DNA from: Basidiobolus meristosporus CBS 931.73 | Taxonomy: Eukaryota > Fungi > Basidiobolomycota | Reading direction: 5' to 3' | NCBI GenBank assembly: GCA_002104905.1 | Contig: MCFE01000750.1 | Location: 1 to 39,315, forward strand | Length of the DNA stretch: 39,315 nucleotides | Shown: positions 13,180 through 24,777 of the stretch, piece by piece | Position numbering within the stretch: position 1 is the stretch's first letter | Layout: every line of letters begins with the position of its first letter | Notes under the pieces: model-generated | What the model saw: the letters and a program-made list of their open reading frames with translations, nothing else | What the model was told of the DNA's origin: nothing | Database searches by the model: none | Program-made: the position numbers and the translations under genes

Positions 13180-14984
13180 TGTAGTGGGGTGACAGTGACA
13201 CCCACTGACAGATGTGCTCATTCCCATATTTTCTACTTTGCTATATCTCTACTACACTTATTTTAGATTCACCCATTTGTCTTACCCAATCAGTACTATC
13301 CCATAAGCTGGTTGACTATCACACCTGCTTACCTTATTAGACTTGTTCTGTTGGATAGTGCCACATTGAGCCATGAGTGCCAAATGATGCCATAGTGTGC
13401 CAGAGAGGCCAAGTGAGCCTATACTTGGCTGCAGAGTGTGAAACATAGATCTGCATCTTAATGCAAAGCAGCCTTTGTGTTTCACCTATGATGCAGGAGA
13501 AAATCAATTTTTTGATGTTTTTTTGTGGATCAATATTATGCAGGATGTGTAAGAGCACTAAAGGATTGAAGATATACATCTGGTACTCAATACCCACATC
13601 ACTCTGAATCTAGCTCCTGTGGCTTGTAACATGTCACAAAAATGCATGGCACTATCTTGGTCCACTGGTACTATCTGGCACTATATTTAAATATTAGCCC
13701 TAAAGTAAGACCAATACAAAGCACTTATAGTCCCGGATAGTACCAGTGGACCAAGATAGTGCCATGCATTTTTGTGACATGTTACAAGCCACAGGAGCTA
13801 GATTCAGAGTGCCATGGGTATTGAGTACCAGATGCATATCTTCAATCCTTTTGTGCACTTACACATCCTTTACCACATTGACCTAAAAAAAGGTCCAAAA
13901 ATGAATTTTTTCCATCACAATGAGTGAAACACAGGAGCTGCTTTGCATGAAGATGCAGAGCTGTGCTGCACACTCTGTGGCAAAGTGTAGGCTCACTTGG
14001 CCTCCCTGGCACACTGTGGCATCATTTGGCACTCATGGCTCAATGTGGCACTATCCAACGGAACAAGTCTATTGCATAAGTTACCCCTCAATTTATGTAA
14101 GATTACTAGCAATAAGTACTTCTATATTAGGCAAGTACCCACGCCTGTACCCATGACACATGATCAACCTGTGTCACCATCCCTACCATTGCCATACCTT
14201 ATATGTTATCCCTATGTTACACAGATTTCAGAATACTGACTCCTGATTGGTTGGATGTGCTGTGCCTCTTGGAACCTTCTGGCACATACTTAGAACATTA
14301 TTAGGTCATTCTGATGTCATTAAGATTTCTATTGATATCTGGAACCTTCTGGAACACCATGATTAGTAATCACTTAGCCAGTAAGAAAAGTATATAAGAG
14401 TGGCTATCCCTCAACAATAAATCAACATCCTTTTTATCAATATACCAACTTGTTGATTAGTGTGATCACTGCTATCTGTTGCTACCTGAACTTCCAACCA
14501 TAGACCACAGGACACTCCCAGGAAACCACGCTGACAGCCAACTGACCTTGGAGGCACTACTTGTGAGGAATACTCAGAGTAGGTATCTTTTATTATATTT
14601 GATTCTTTCCCAAGTTTTTTCTTGTACAGGCAAAGATACTTTTCTGTCTTTGTAACTATTGACCACAGCTGCATTCTTATCAAGTCCCTGCTGGTGGAGT
14701 TTACAGTTGTTTTGACTTTAGAAGCTTTAGTACATTGTCATCTCAAAGGATGCTGAACCCAGCACATACTTTTGTTAAGATGCCAACTAAGTTGGGGATT
14801 GTAGCTCAATAGTTTTCCCTTGACAAGCTTGTGGCTTTATTCCCCTTCACATTAGATTAGGGACAGATCCCAAGTATTCCTAGCAAGTTTTTGCCAGAGG
14901 TTATTGCACCCAGTGAACATCCCACACACAAAACACTTGAGAAGTGTTGGACATATCACTCCCTTGGACTTATACACCACCACA
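13180..14984 (+). mobile_element. Solo LTR family B, copy 1 (1070 bp once the fold-back insertion is removed)
   Basis: TGTAGTGG...CCACCACA; 4-bp TSD CTGG/CCGG in Copia RT; TATATAA 14391, AATAAA 14416; homologous to 30666-31735. Confidence 0.88.
13339..14070. mobile_element. Fold-back non-autonomous DNA transposon (MITE-like), copy 1, 732 bp
   Basis: AGACTTGTTC...GAACAAGTCT; arms 13339-13685 and 13726-14070; TSD ATT/ATT; the empty site is visible in LTR B copy 2. Confidence 0.92.
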
Positions 14985-16107
14985 CCGGCAGCTACCCCAA
15001 TGGAGACAAACCTTAACTTGGTCAAAACCCAACCAAATCAAGAGAGCTTGGTGTCATCTGAAAGCCCTGACTTTCCTTATCAATCTATGGCTGGTAGTCT
15101 GATGTATATTATGCTTGGAACATGTCCAGATATCTCATATCCAGTGGGAGTTGTCAGCCAACATAATCAGAACTATGGATTGGATCATATTGCAGCAGTT
15201 GAGCGGATTTTTAGATACCTAAAAGGAACTGCTGATATCTGCTTAAGATACACTTATAAGGATTCAGAACAGGATCTTGTGGGATACTCTGATGCTGATT
15301 GGGGACAAAATTTGGAAGACAGAAGACCACCACAGGATACACCTTTCTTTACTGTAAAGGAGCAATTTCAAGGAATTCAAGAAAGCAACCAACCATAGGA
15401 CTTTCCACCACAGAGGCAGAGTATATGGCAGTCTGTGAAGCTACAGAAGAAGCAATGTGGTTACAAAAACTTCTTACAGATTTAGGCCTATGTCAAAAAA
15501 TGCCTATTACTTTACTTCAGGATAATCAAGGATGTATACAATTAGGTAGAAATCCAACTTTTCATGCTAGAACCAAGCACATAGATATTAGACATCATTT
15601 AATACGTGAAGCTATAGAGAATCCCTTAGTTATCTTAGTTTACTGTCCTACAGATGAAATGATTGCAGACATATTTACCAAACTATAAGCTAGAGACAAG
15701 TTTGAATAGCTTATGTCAAAATTAGGACTAGTCAGTAAGAACATTTAGCCAAGTGGGAGTTTTGTAAAAATTTGTATTTCCACCTAAGTATTCACCTAAC
15801 TTAGTCACTTAGATCATTACCCTTAAATCCTAGAGAATACTGACCAAATTCCTTATTGGGATTTACTTAGAATATTTCACCAAAATGCCAGGTACCTAGA
15901 ACACAAAAATTCTCAAAGTTGTCCAAACAGCCCCAAACTTTGCACACATGTTCTTGGGACCTTCCTTAACCTATTATATGTGTTTGTAATGCCAAGACCA
16001 GGTAAAAGTATAAATACTACTTTTACATTCAATAAATCATTAAGTGAAAACCACATAATCTACTTGTTCTCCAAATCACTTCCAATATCTCCAAGACTCT
16101 TACAACA

Positions 16108-17964
16108 TATGCCACTGTTCATTCACTGGTTCCCACATATCCTGGTCTTCAGCTGGCACTGCAAGGTCTAGCTCCTCATCTGCCAGTCTTTGCAATAAAT
16201 CCTTGCAATATTCCAGTGTGTTTTCCTGAGTGCTGCTCTTGAAGAAGTGCTGCAACCTCTTGGTGTGCCTATTAATGTTCCAAAACTCCACTGAAGGCAT
16301 TGTGATAGTCTTTCAAGCTCTTGACATTGTAGCCTTGTCGGCCAGTGGGATCTCCACTCTGTCAACAATGGAGGCTGTGGAGGCTGTGGTAGACAAATTG
16401 CCTTTTTCAGCAAACTTATCTACCTTGCTGGAGTGTAGCTCAAGTAGCTGCGCTTCCAACTTTTGTGAAAACAGCTGTTTTCTTGTTGGTAATTCTTCTT
16501 GGCTATGATGGGATTCAGTCTGTTCCTGGCTTGCAGCATTAATTAGCAAGAACTGCAGTTTTTTTTGCATACCTCTCTGTCTCAGGCTTAGGTAGACATT
16601 GCTCCCTTTACCTTTTCCTCTATCACTGCCAGGTTTTTCACTGCTACTTTGTCTGAGTGCTTCTTGTAGAGAACTACATTTTCTCCTGGACCAATTCTGC
16701 TCTCACACATCTGTTTTGCCTGCTTGTCCCTTGCTGGCACTCTTCCGGCAACCTGACGTTTCTTTTCAGCTTGTTTTGAGCTCTCAACCATAGTTGTGAC
16801 GGGCTCCTGTAAAAGTGGCTGGCTTTTATCACTGCCAGGTCCTTCACTGCTACTTTGACTGGGTGCTTCTTAAGTGGTACTACACTTTTTCCTTGATAAT
16901 TGCTGTGCTGGTGCATCCATGTCTGCCTGCTTGTCCTTAATTGGCACTCTTCCATCTGCCTGACATCTCTTTGACGCTTCTCTGGAGCTTTTAGCCCTGC
17001 TTGTAACAGGCTCTTGAGGAAGCCGCTGGTTTTTAGCCATGGCACCCTTGTTCTTCGGCCTTTGATAGTTTCTGCTATTCTTAAGATACTTTCTTAGCAT
17101 GCCAATGCTGGCCCAAAATCCATTTGCCCATTTGAATCCAGGATAATGCTCATGGAACAAGTTAAGTGCATTCTGCTTGGCCTTGAGTTCCTGATGGTCC
17201 CATGGTATGCCAGCCTTAAGGTGATGGCGTGCTAGACTTCTGACGGCCTCTTGTATATTAGTCCACTCTTCATTATTGCACTCAATGGCTTCATAGATCT
17301 TCAATGTCTTTTGATTTTTAGGCTTTGGTATAAACACCACATTGTCTCCCTCCCATGCTGTGATAGGTTTTTCTGTGGGCTTTATCTTTGGGCGCTGTTG
17401 TTGTGCTTCAAAGACTGTACAGTGTTCCTCTATTAATACATTAGGAAATGGCTCAATTCTTGGCAGTGACATTGAGCTAATTGAGTTCCTTCTTTGCAGC
17501 AAAGATACTGCTTTCTCTACCTGGGATATTGATTGCTCTACACATATTATCTGCTCATCCTGCTTCTGGACTACTTCCTGATTTCTCTGGGCCATTGCAT
17601 CTATGCTATCAGCCACTGCACCTAATTGCTTCATTAATGCTTTGGTATGAGCTGACAACATACTTGCTAATATGGGTGGTGGTGATGTTATCATGGCCAC
17701 TTGCTGATCTTCAACAGAGGGTACTGCATTTGCTACATTCTCATCTTCCTGAGCATAACAGTCAGTGTGTGGCTCTGCAGAGGTTCTCAATTGCCTACTT
17801 GACTGAGAGCCTGAGGAGTCTGCATTATTACCTTCAATGAGCACACTGTCCACAGGGCCTTTTTTCAATGTAGCCCCACTTGTTGCACTGAATGTCAAAG
17901 CAAGCTGTTGTCCAACCATTCTTCTGTTGCTGTCAGCGGTGGAGTTTGGTTGAGAACCAGACAA
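16108..17964 (-). pseudogene. Partner gene of the CMC element, unknown function; 364-codon open stretch, then frameshifts and stops; 3' end cut by the C4 LTR
   Basis: Long ORF 16870-17964 with continuing pieces 16588-16791, 16313-16570 and 16108-16300; GCTAA...TAG acceptor just upstream of 17964. Confidence 0.6.
16621..17033 (-). repeat. Two imperfect 206/207-bp tandem units (69-aa repeat)
   Basis: TATCACTGCCAGGT..TTCACTGCTACTTTG at 16621 and 16827; GGCTC at 16802 and 17009. Confidence 0.85.
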
Positions 17965-19220
17965 CTATGCTTTATTTTTTAGCGGCATATATACAGAAGT
18001 GAGTCAAACCAAAGGGGAAATAGTGTTACATATACATGTGTATGTGGTGCCACAACTTCATTTATAATGCTAACTATGGCAGGTCATCACTGAATCTTAC
18101 ATTCATGTAGGTGCAATGTCCCAAATACAAGTCTGTCTTAAGTTCACATGAGTATTGACCAAAAAGTGATATAATAGCGTTATGTTGTTGAAGGTCAAAC
18201 TGCTTGCCCCATGGACAAGACTACTTTGACTCAATGCTGTAAGAGAGGAGAAAAAAGACCATACGGCTATTGTGGCAAGCCTCTCAGCCATGAAGCACGC
18301 AGACAGCATAGGAAGTATTACAAGGATCATGGCCAGTGTTGTTTATTATTATTTGCTGACCAGTTGATACTTCTATATTGGTACCTGGCTGTCTTTGTCA
18401 CCCTGCGCAAACTGAGTCAGGTGAGTTGGTGATGCCTTTAGGCTCACCTCAGCCTTCTGAATATGGCATGCAGAGTGATAGCTCTCACAAATAAGGTTCA
18501 CTGATGGATTTTGAGCCTATCTCCCCTAACAACAGTACCACATATGAGCCCAGTCAAATCCCTATATGCAATGAGACAACACCCGTTGAGACAAATGCCA
18601 AGGATACTTTATGGAGCCAAGTGAGCCGAGTAATTCATCTACTGGTGAATGATGTGATGTTGTGGCTAGAGAAGTGGCACGTTTCCACTAATATCAGTAA
18701 TGGGGGCTTTGAGGATTTATTACTACTGCTTGCCAAAATCATACCAAGATGCAACTTACCATGTACATGGTACAAGTGGACAACCGTCATGCAACTGGCA
18801 GCATATGATCCAGAGACTGTCCTGATTCCAGCATGTGTTAACAGTTGCATGGCATTCACATCATAAATGCTACCATTGCAATGTGTCCAAATTGTCAGGA
18901 ATCCACCACCACTGAGGGATAACATTGTTCACACTCCAGATATATTCTGGCCATACCCTGTCTGAGGAAGCTGATGCAGTCCAACAAATATTGCAAAGCT
19001 ATACAGTACTGCACTCAGTATCAATCAAGCGCAAACATATCTGATATATTTGATGGCAAACATTACAAACAGCTAAGAAGCAAGGGCTACATTGAAGGTA
19101 TGTATGACCATGCCTTTGCTTTAGCACTTGATGGATTCTTATTAAACAAGTACTCTACCAGCAAATCCTGCTGGCCACTGATTCCCATCAATCTGAAGCT
19201 GCCGCCCATCTTACGGTATC

Positions 19221-19748
19221 TGTTATGAATAGACACAAGGCAGGAGAGTAGGGCTAGGCAAGGCAGGACCAGGAAAGGACTTAGGTGTGGATCAGCAAGG
19301 CAAGGCGGATTTCCAAGACAAGGCTGTTTATTCAAGACCTGTGTTTATCAGACTGAGGAATACTTATGGGGGGATAGGACTATATATACTTTTTGGTTAT
19401 ACTGATGCCGAGAGATATTGGCTAATACTAATGGGGTTGTGGGGTGAGGCACAGCAATGTGCTGGGGATAATAATATAGAAGGCAAGGCACTGAGACAGG
19501 ATGGGGAAATGGATTGGGCCACCTGAGCATGTGACTAAGTCATGTGACCTGGTTTTTCCATATATGGTACTGGACTATGAAAAATACAATGGGAAGCTTC
19601 CATGGGATGTTCCATTGTGTAACAATGGTTTGGAATGGTCAGGAACTTTCTGGAAGGTGGTAGAAGGTTCCACAAGGAATCTCTTAGAAATTGAGCTAGG
19701 AAGCTGAAACTTGGCATGGGTGTTCATGGTTGTCATATGATCATGACA
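19221..19748 (-). mobile_element. Solo LTR family C (528 bp)
   Basis: TGTTATGA...TCATGACA ends; TSD GTATC/GTTTC; TATATA and AATAAA on the minus strand; removal restores LPPILRYHSNNLMVV. Confidence 0.88.
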
Positions 19749-21330
19749 GTTTCATAGCAATAATCTGATGGTAGTCTCACTGGTATCTGGGCCTAAATCA
19801 CTGTCCAACCTGGATAGCTACCTGTATTCATTGCTGAATGAATTTTGTATGCTTTCCAGCAGGATAACAGCAAATGGCCGTCATGTAAAAGTGCATATTA
19901 TTATCTGCATTGGAGATACCCCAGCCATCAGCAAGATAGCAAGTTTTTCCGGGCACAATGGACAGTATTGCTGTCAAATGTGTGAGATCAAGGGGATTTA
20001 CTCCATAACTCACACACATTATTATTACCCAAACACCAGCACTAAGAACATCATCTTTCCACAGAGAGAATGTACAGAAGTAAGCATGCAATTGCAGAAA
20101 AGTTGGCAAGCTATAAGCCATTGGCTGGAATATGGAATCAATTGGAAACCGGATATACTTAAGATAGAGGGTATCTGTTGGAGCAAAAGCTTTCCACTGG
20201 GAGCAATGCATTTGCTTTTCAACAATATCCCTATACTAATGACCAAGTTGTACATGGGGCATTTCAAGCTAAATAAGCCCTTTGAGATACCAGAGAAGTT
20301 TGAAAAAATTGGCAAGATACTACAGAGTATCCGCTACCCTAAGTACTTCTCACAGGCTCCAATTAATATTCATAAGCATATGCGGCAATACAAATGCAAA
20401 GACTGGATGAACTGGATATATATTTATTCAAGTGGTGTTCTGAAGCCATTCCTACCAAGAGTACATTGCAAGCATTGGGAGTCATATGTGGACATTGTAG
20501 GATTATTTATCCGGAAGCAGATCACCAATGCCAACTTGACGCATCTACTGCTGTTGTGTGAGGAGTTTGTGACAGGATTTGAGTGGCAATACTACATACA
20601 TAAAGCTGAACATGTAGATCTCTGCCACTACTATATCCATTCTCTACTCCATCTTGCACAGTATATGGAGAATATTGGGCCTTGCTTCACCTTTTGGGAG
20701 TTTTCCTATGGAGCGGATGTGTGGGGAAATAGGAAGACAAGTCAAGTTGAAGGTACTACCATATCCCAATCTCATCAAGAATATTACCTTCAAGTCTGTC
20801 ATGGATGTGATGAGTTGGCACATGGAGGAAAGCCAGAAAGAGTTAGAAAATACTGAGGACAAATGTGCACATGGAGACACCTATGCCTATGGCATTAAGA
20901 AGCTAAGCAGCCCCAATGCGTGGGTAATCAGTTAAGTAATGCAAAGTTGGGTTTGGTGCAACAAGCAACTAATTTTTATCAGTGTGGTAACAGGCCAACT
21001 TCTACACCATTCAATATGAAATTCACACAAACAAAAGCTAGAGTGCACCTATAAGGGGGACTAGAATCCAGCAGGGAGAAGGATTATATTGGCTAAATAC
21101 CAAGAAGTTCTTTGCCAATATTGAGGAGGTATTCATGGCAGAAGTGGCAACAACCAAGCATATGTTTGCAAGATGTATATGCTACCAGCAGTACAAGGTA
21201 TATGGCAACTTTGCAGGTATTACACTAAAAAGCCATAAAGTTGAGGTGATAGAAGTATGTCAATTGCAGCAGGTGTGCGTGTTTGTAGAGGTTAGTAAGC
21301 AGGAGGCCATAGTTTCTTGATTCAAACTAT

Positions 21331-22061
21331 AGACTTGTTCTGTTGGATAGTGCCACATTGAGCCATGAGCGCCAAATAATGCCTTAGTGTGCCAGAGAGA
21401 CCAAGTGAGCCTATACTTGGCCACAGAGTGCAATACATAGCTCTGCATCTTCACGCAAAGCTGCCCCTGTGTTTCACCGATTGTGTTGGAGAGAATCCTT
21501 TTTTTGACCTTTTTTTTAGGTAGTTTTGTGCAAGATGTGTAAGAGCACAAAAGGAATGAAGTCATGCATCAGGTGCTCAATACCCATGGCACTCTGAATC
21601 TAGCTTCTGTGGCTTGTAACATGTCACAAAAGTGCATGGCCCTATCTTGGTCCACTGGTACTATCCGGTACTATAAATGCTTTGTATAGATCTTACTTTA
21701 GGGCAAATAATTAAATATAGTGCCAGAAAGTACCAGTGGACCAAGATAGTGCCATGCATTTTGTGACATGCTACAAGCCACAGGAGATAGATTCAGAGTG
21801 CCATGGGTATAGAGCACCTGATGCATGACTTCAATCCTTTTGTGCTCTTACACATCCTGCACAACATTGATCCACAAAAAAACATCTAAAAATTGGTTTT
21901 CTACTCCATTATAGGTGAAACACAGGGGCTGCTTTGCATGGAGATGCAGAACCATTTTTCATACTCTGTGACCAAGTATAGGTTCACTTGGCCTCTCTGG
22001 CAAACTATGGCATCATTTGGCACTCATGGCTCAATGTGGCACTATCCAACGGAACAAGTCT
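21331..22061. mobile_element. Fold-back element copy 2, 731 bp, inverted relative to copy 1
   Basis: Same termini; TSD TAT/TAT; arms 21331-21675 and 21716-22061; its 40-bp spacer is the reverse complement of copy 1's. Confidence 0.92.
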
Positions 22062-22569
22062 TATATGTGGAATACCCAAGGTAGTAGTGGGTGAGCAAAA
22101 AAAGAAAGGTGGTTCTACAGTGGAATATATGAATTGCACAAGGGAGGTAGCAAAAGGAAAAACCATTTGGTACATTGATACGGTGGCATTATACAGAACC
22201 AGCGGCAGGCCATCATTCTGCTAGAAAAAGCTGTCAGAGTCTTGCTGTGAGGCCGTCAAAATACCTTCAAGTTTCTTACATATAAGGCAATTGGAAGTCC
22301 TGGCCAACTGGATCCACTTAAAATAGTAGTAGAGCGCTGAAAGACCACAACAATAACATGCAAATATTGTCACAGCACCAATCAAAAGTTGTCAAGTTTC
22401 ATCCCTTTATTTGGCTGTAAAATTTGCAAAACACCGTCATGATCTTGTTATAAGATGGTCAGGAGGGTCACTAATTCCAAGCTGCCATTATTATGACTGT
22501 CTCTGAACGGGATCTTGATGGATGATCTGGATTGGATCCACCCATGAGACCAAATTATTTTTCATAGGG

Positions 22570-24777
22570 GTTTTCATGGGTGACAATAGAACACTTGATG
22601 CAGTCGGAGAAGGAACTATCCATATAAACCTATGAAGCAGTGAAGGAAGCCATACACTGACCTTCAAAGAAGTACTCTATGTACCAGAAATAGCCAAGAG
22701 CCTACTATCTGTGAGCAAGGCCACTGCAGAAGGACTCAGTTTCAGCTTTGACAATTCTGGATGCAGGATCACTGATCCAATGGTGCCCATATTGCTTTGG
22801 GCATCAGAGATCAGAATCTATACAAGTTGACTTATATTCCATCATATTTGGAAGCTAGCATTTGTAACTTAAATGAGCAAACATCAACGCTTTGACACAG
22901 GAGATTTGGGCACATCAATTTTGATTATTTGCGCAAAACAATTAAAGATCAGCTAATTTCCTGAGTAAAAATTGATCCCCCAGCTAGTTAAGGGCACTGT
23001 GAAGCCAGCATATATGGGAAACAAGCCAGACAACCATTCAAGAGATCTGGGTTAATCAAAACTAACAAAAAATTAGATCTAATTCACTAAGATCTGTGTG
23101 GACCTATGCAAAATTTATTCTTTGGCAGGATAAAGTATTTGATCACTTTTATTGATGATTATACAAGATGCACATGGATCTACTTCATGAAGAGAGAGGA
23201 AGAATCTCTGTCTAAGTTCAGGGAGCTTTAAGACTTGGTGGAGAGAGAAACTGGTGAAAAAGATCAAGAAAATCTGCTCTGACAATGGTGGAGAATATAC
23301 ATCAGAACTCTTCATCCACTGCAGCAAAATTCATGGGATTAAGCAAGAGACTACTGTACCATACTCCCCACAGCAAAATAGAGTACCAGAGTGTGTATCC
23401 AGATCAATAAACAATATGGTAAGATCTGTGATCTGTGATCAAAAATTATCCTATGATTTTTGGGCAGAATTGTTTGGCACAACTGTATACCTTTAAAATA
23501 GGAGTAATAACAGAATACTTTGTGATTCTACTCTATTTGAAGCATGGTATAGATACAGACCAGGTGCAGAACATTAAAGAATATTTAGATGTAGAGCATA
23601 TGCCAAGTAACTGCTTAGAAGTCAGTCAAAATTTGAGCCAAAAAGTGTAAATGCATATTTTTAGGCTACTGCAATGAGAGTAAAGCATACACACTCTACA
23701 ATACCTGAGTAAAAAAGCCAATCAAGTCCAGGGATGTGTTTAATGAAGATTCAAAACTTTCACAAAAATGACATCAAATGAATAAAAAAATTAGATCCCA
23801 AGTCCACCAATAGTCAGGATTGAATTAGAGCAACACAATAAAAGCTTCTTCACTCCAGAGGACTCTAAAACTGTGCTTCAGCCTAAATCAGTGCCTAGGA
23901 GTATCCCAGAAGAAATCATTCCAGTACTAAATGCCTGATGATCCAATCAGACAACAAATAGCCCAAGCTACTGTATTAGTGAGGGTACAAACTTTGCCTA
24001 TGCCTATTTAGTTCATATTGATGAGCCCTGGACTGTAAAAGGGCCCAATATAGCCCTCAGATAAAGTTTTGGAGATCTGGAATCACAGAGGTATATTGGG
24101 CCCAAATGGAAAATTAAACTTGGGACTTAGTCCAATTACCAATCAACCAAAAATCAATTGGATGCAGATGGGTCTTCAAAACAAAATACAAGGCTGATGG
24201 TACAATTGAAAGATACAGAGCACCACTTTTGGCCAAAGGATACTCTCAAACAAAAGGACTTGACTATACTGAGACCTTTGCACCAGTAGCCAAGTCTAAT
24301 TCCATTAGGCTAATAATGGCTATTGCAGCTAATATAAGTTTTTTATTCATCAAATGGAAGCAGAAACTGCATTTTTGATTGGAGGGCTTGATAAGGATGT
24401 GTATATGTATCAGCCTAATTGGTTTGCTGACCAAGATAACCCCCATTTGGTCTGCAAGCTTAAAAAGTCACTATATGGTCTCAAACAATCACCAAGAGCC
24501 TGGAATTGCAAGATAGATTCTTATGTGGAATCTCTGAGTTTCAAAAGGAGTAATGTTGACTATTGTATATACTATATGCCAGATAGAGCAAAGTGAGTTC
24601 TACTAGATCTATATGTTGATGATCTTATTATAGCCACCAATACCCTAGAAACATTGGAAGAGACTACATCCAGCCCATCTGAGGAGTTCAAGATGTCCAA
24701 TCTAGGAGAACTCAGTTACTACATAGGGATTAAGTTCCCCATAGACAGAAGTACCCAGACTATCACCGTAAGCCAAT
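22570..24777 (+). mobile_element. Copia fragment C5 (protease to RT), no LTRs, heavily degraded
   Basis: Homologous to C4 10750-12960; many stops. Confidence 0.9.

Larger units (their letters stand above)
9463..16107 (+). mobile_element. Copia C4: LTRs 9463-9810 and 15760-16107, gag to RNase H, probably chimeric, carries a solo LTR B insertion
   Basis: LTR pair about 96% identical by eye; PBS 9811-9822; PPT 15752-15759; flanks TGTAA and TATGC do not match. Confidence 0.9.
18504..22224 (+). pseudogene. CMC/EnSpm transposase (Transposase_21/tnp2 plus DUF4218-like), interrupted by solo LTR C and fold-back copy 2
   Basis: DIFDG..Y..L, ALDGF, CWP..NL.LPP..R, SGPK..NLDSYL, GDTPA..K..GHNG..CQMC, AMHLL, HSLLHL..GP..FWEFPMER; stops and frameshifts. 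Possible 5' exons from about 18211. Confidence 0.88.
16108..22569. mobile_element. CMC/EnSpm (CACTA-like) DNA transposon, left end lost
   Basis: tnp2-type transposase plus a divergent second gene; the right end reads CCCTATGAAAAA inward and abuts Copia sequence. Confidence 0.75.

Noticed and set aside
14411-14683. ~90-aa antisense ORF in both LTR B copies
   Set aside because: No recognisable motif, and its ends differ between copies; sharing follows from DNA homology.
16113-16117. CACTG as the left CACTA terminus
   Set aside because: It lies inside the partner reading frame, 5 nt from the Copia LTR, and does not match the right end CCCTATG.
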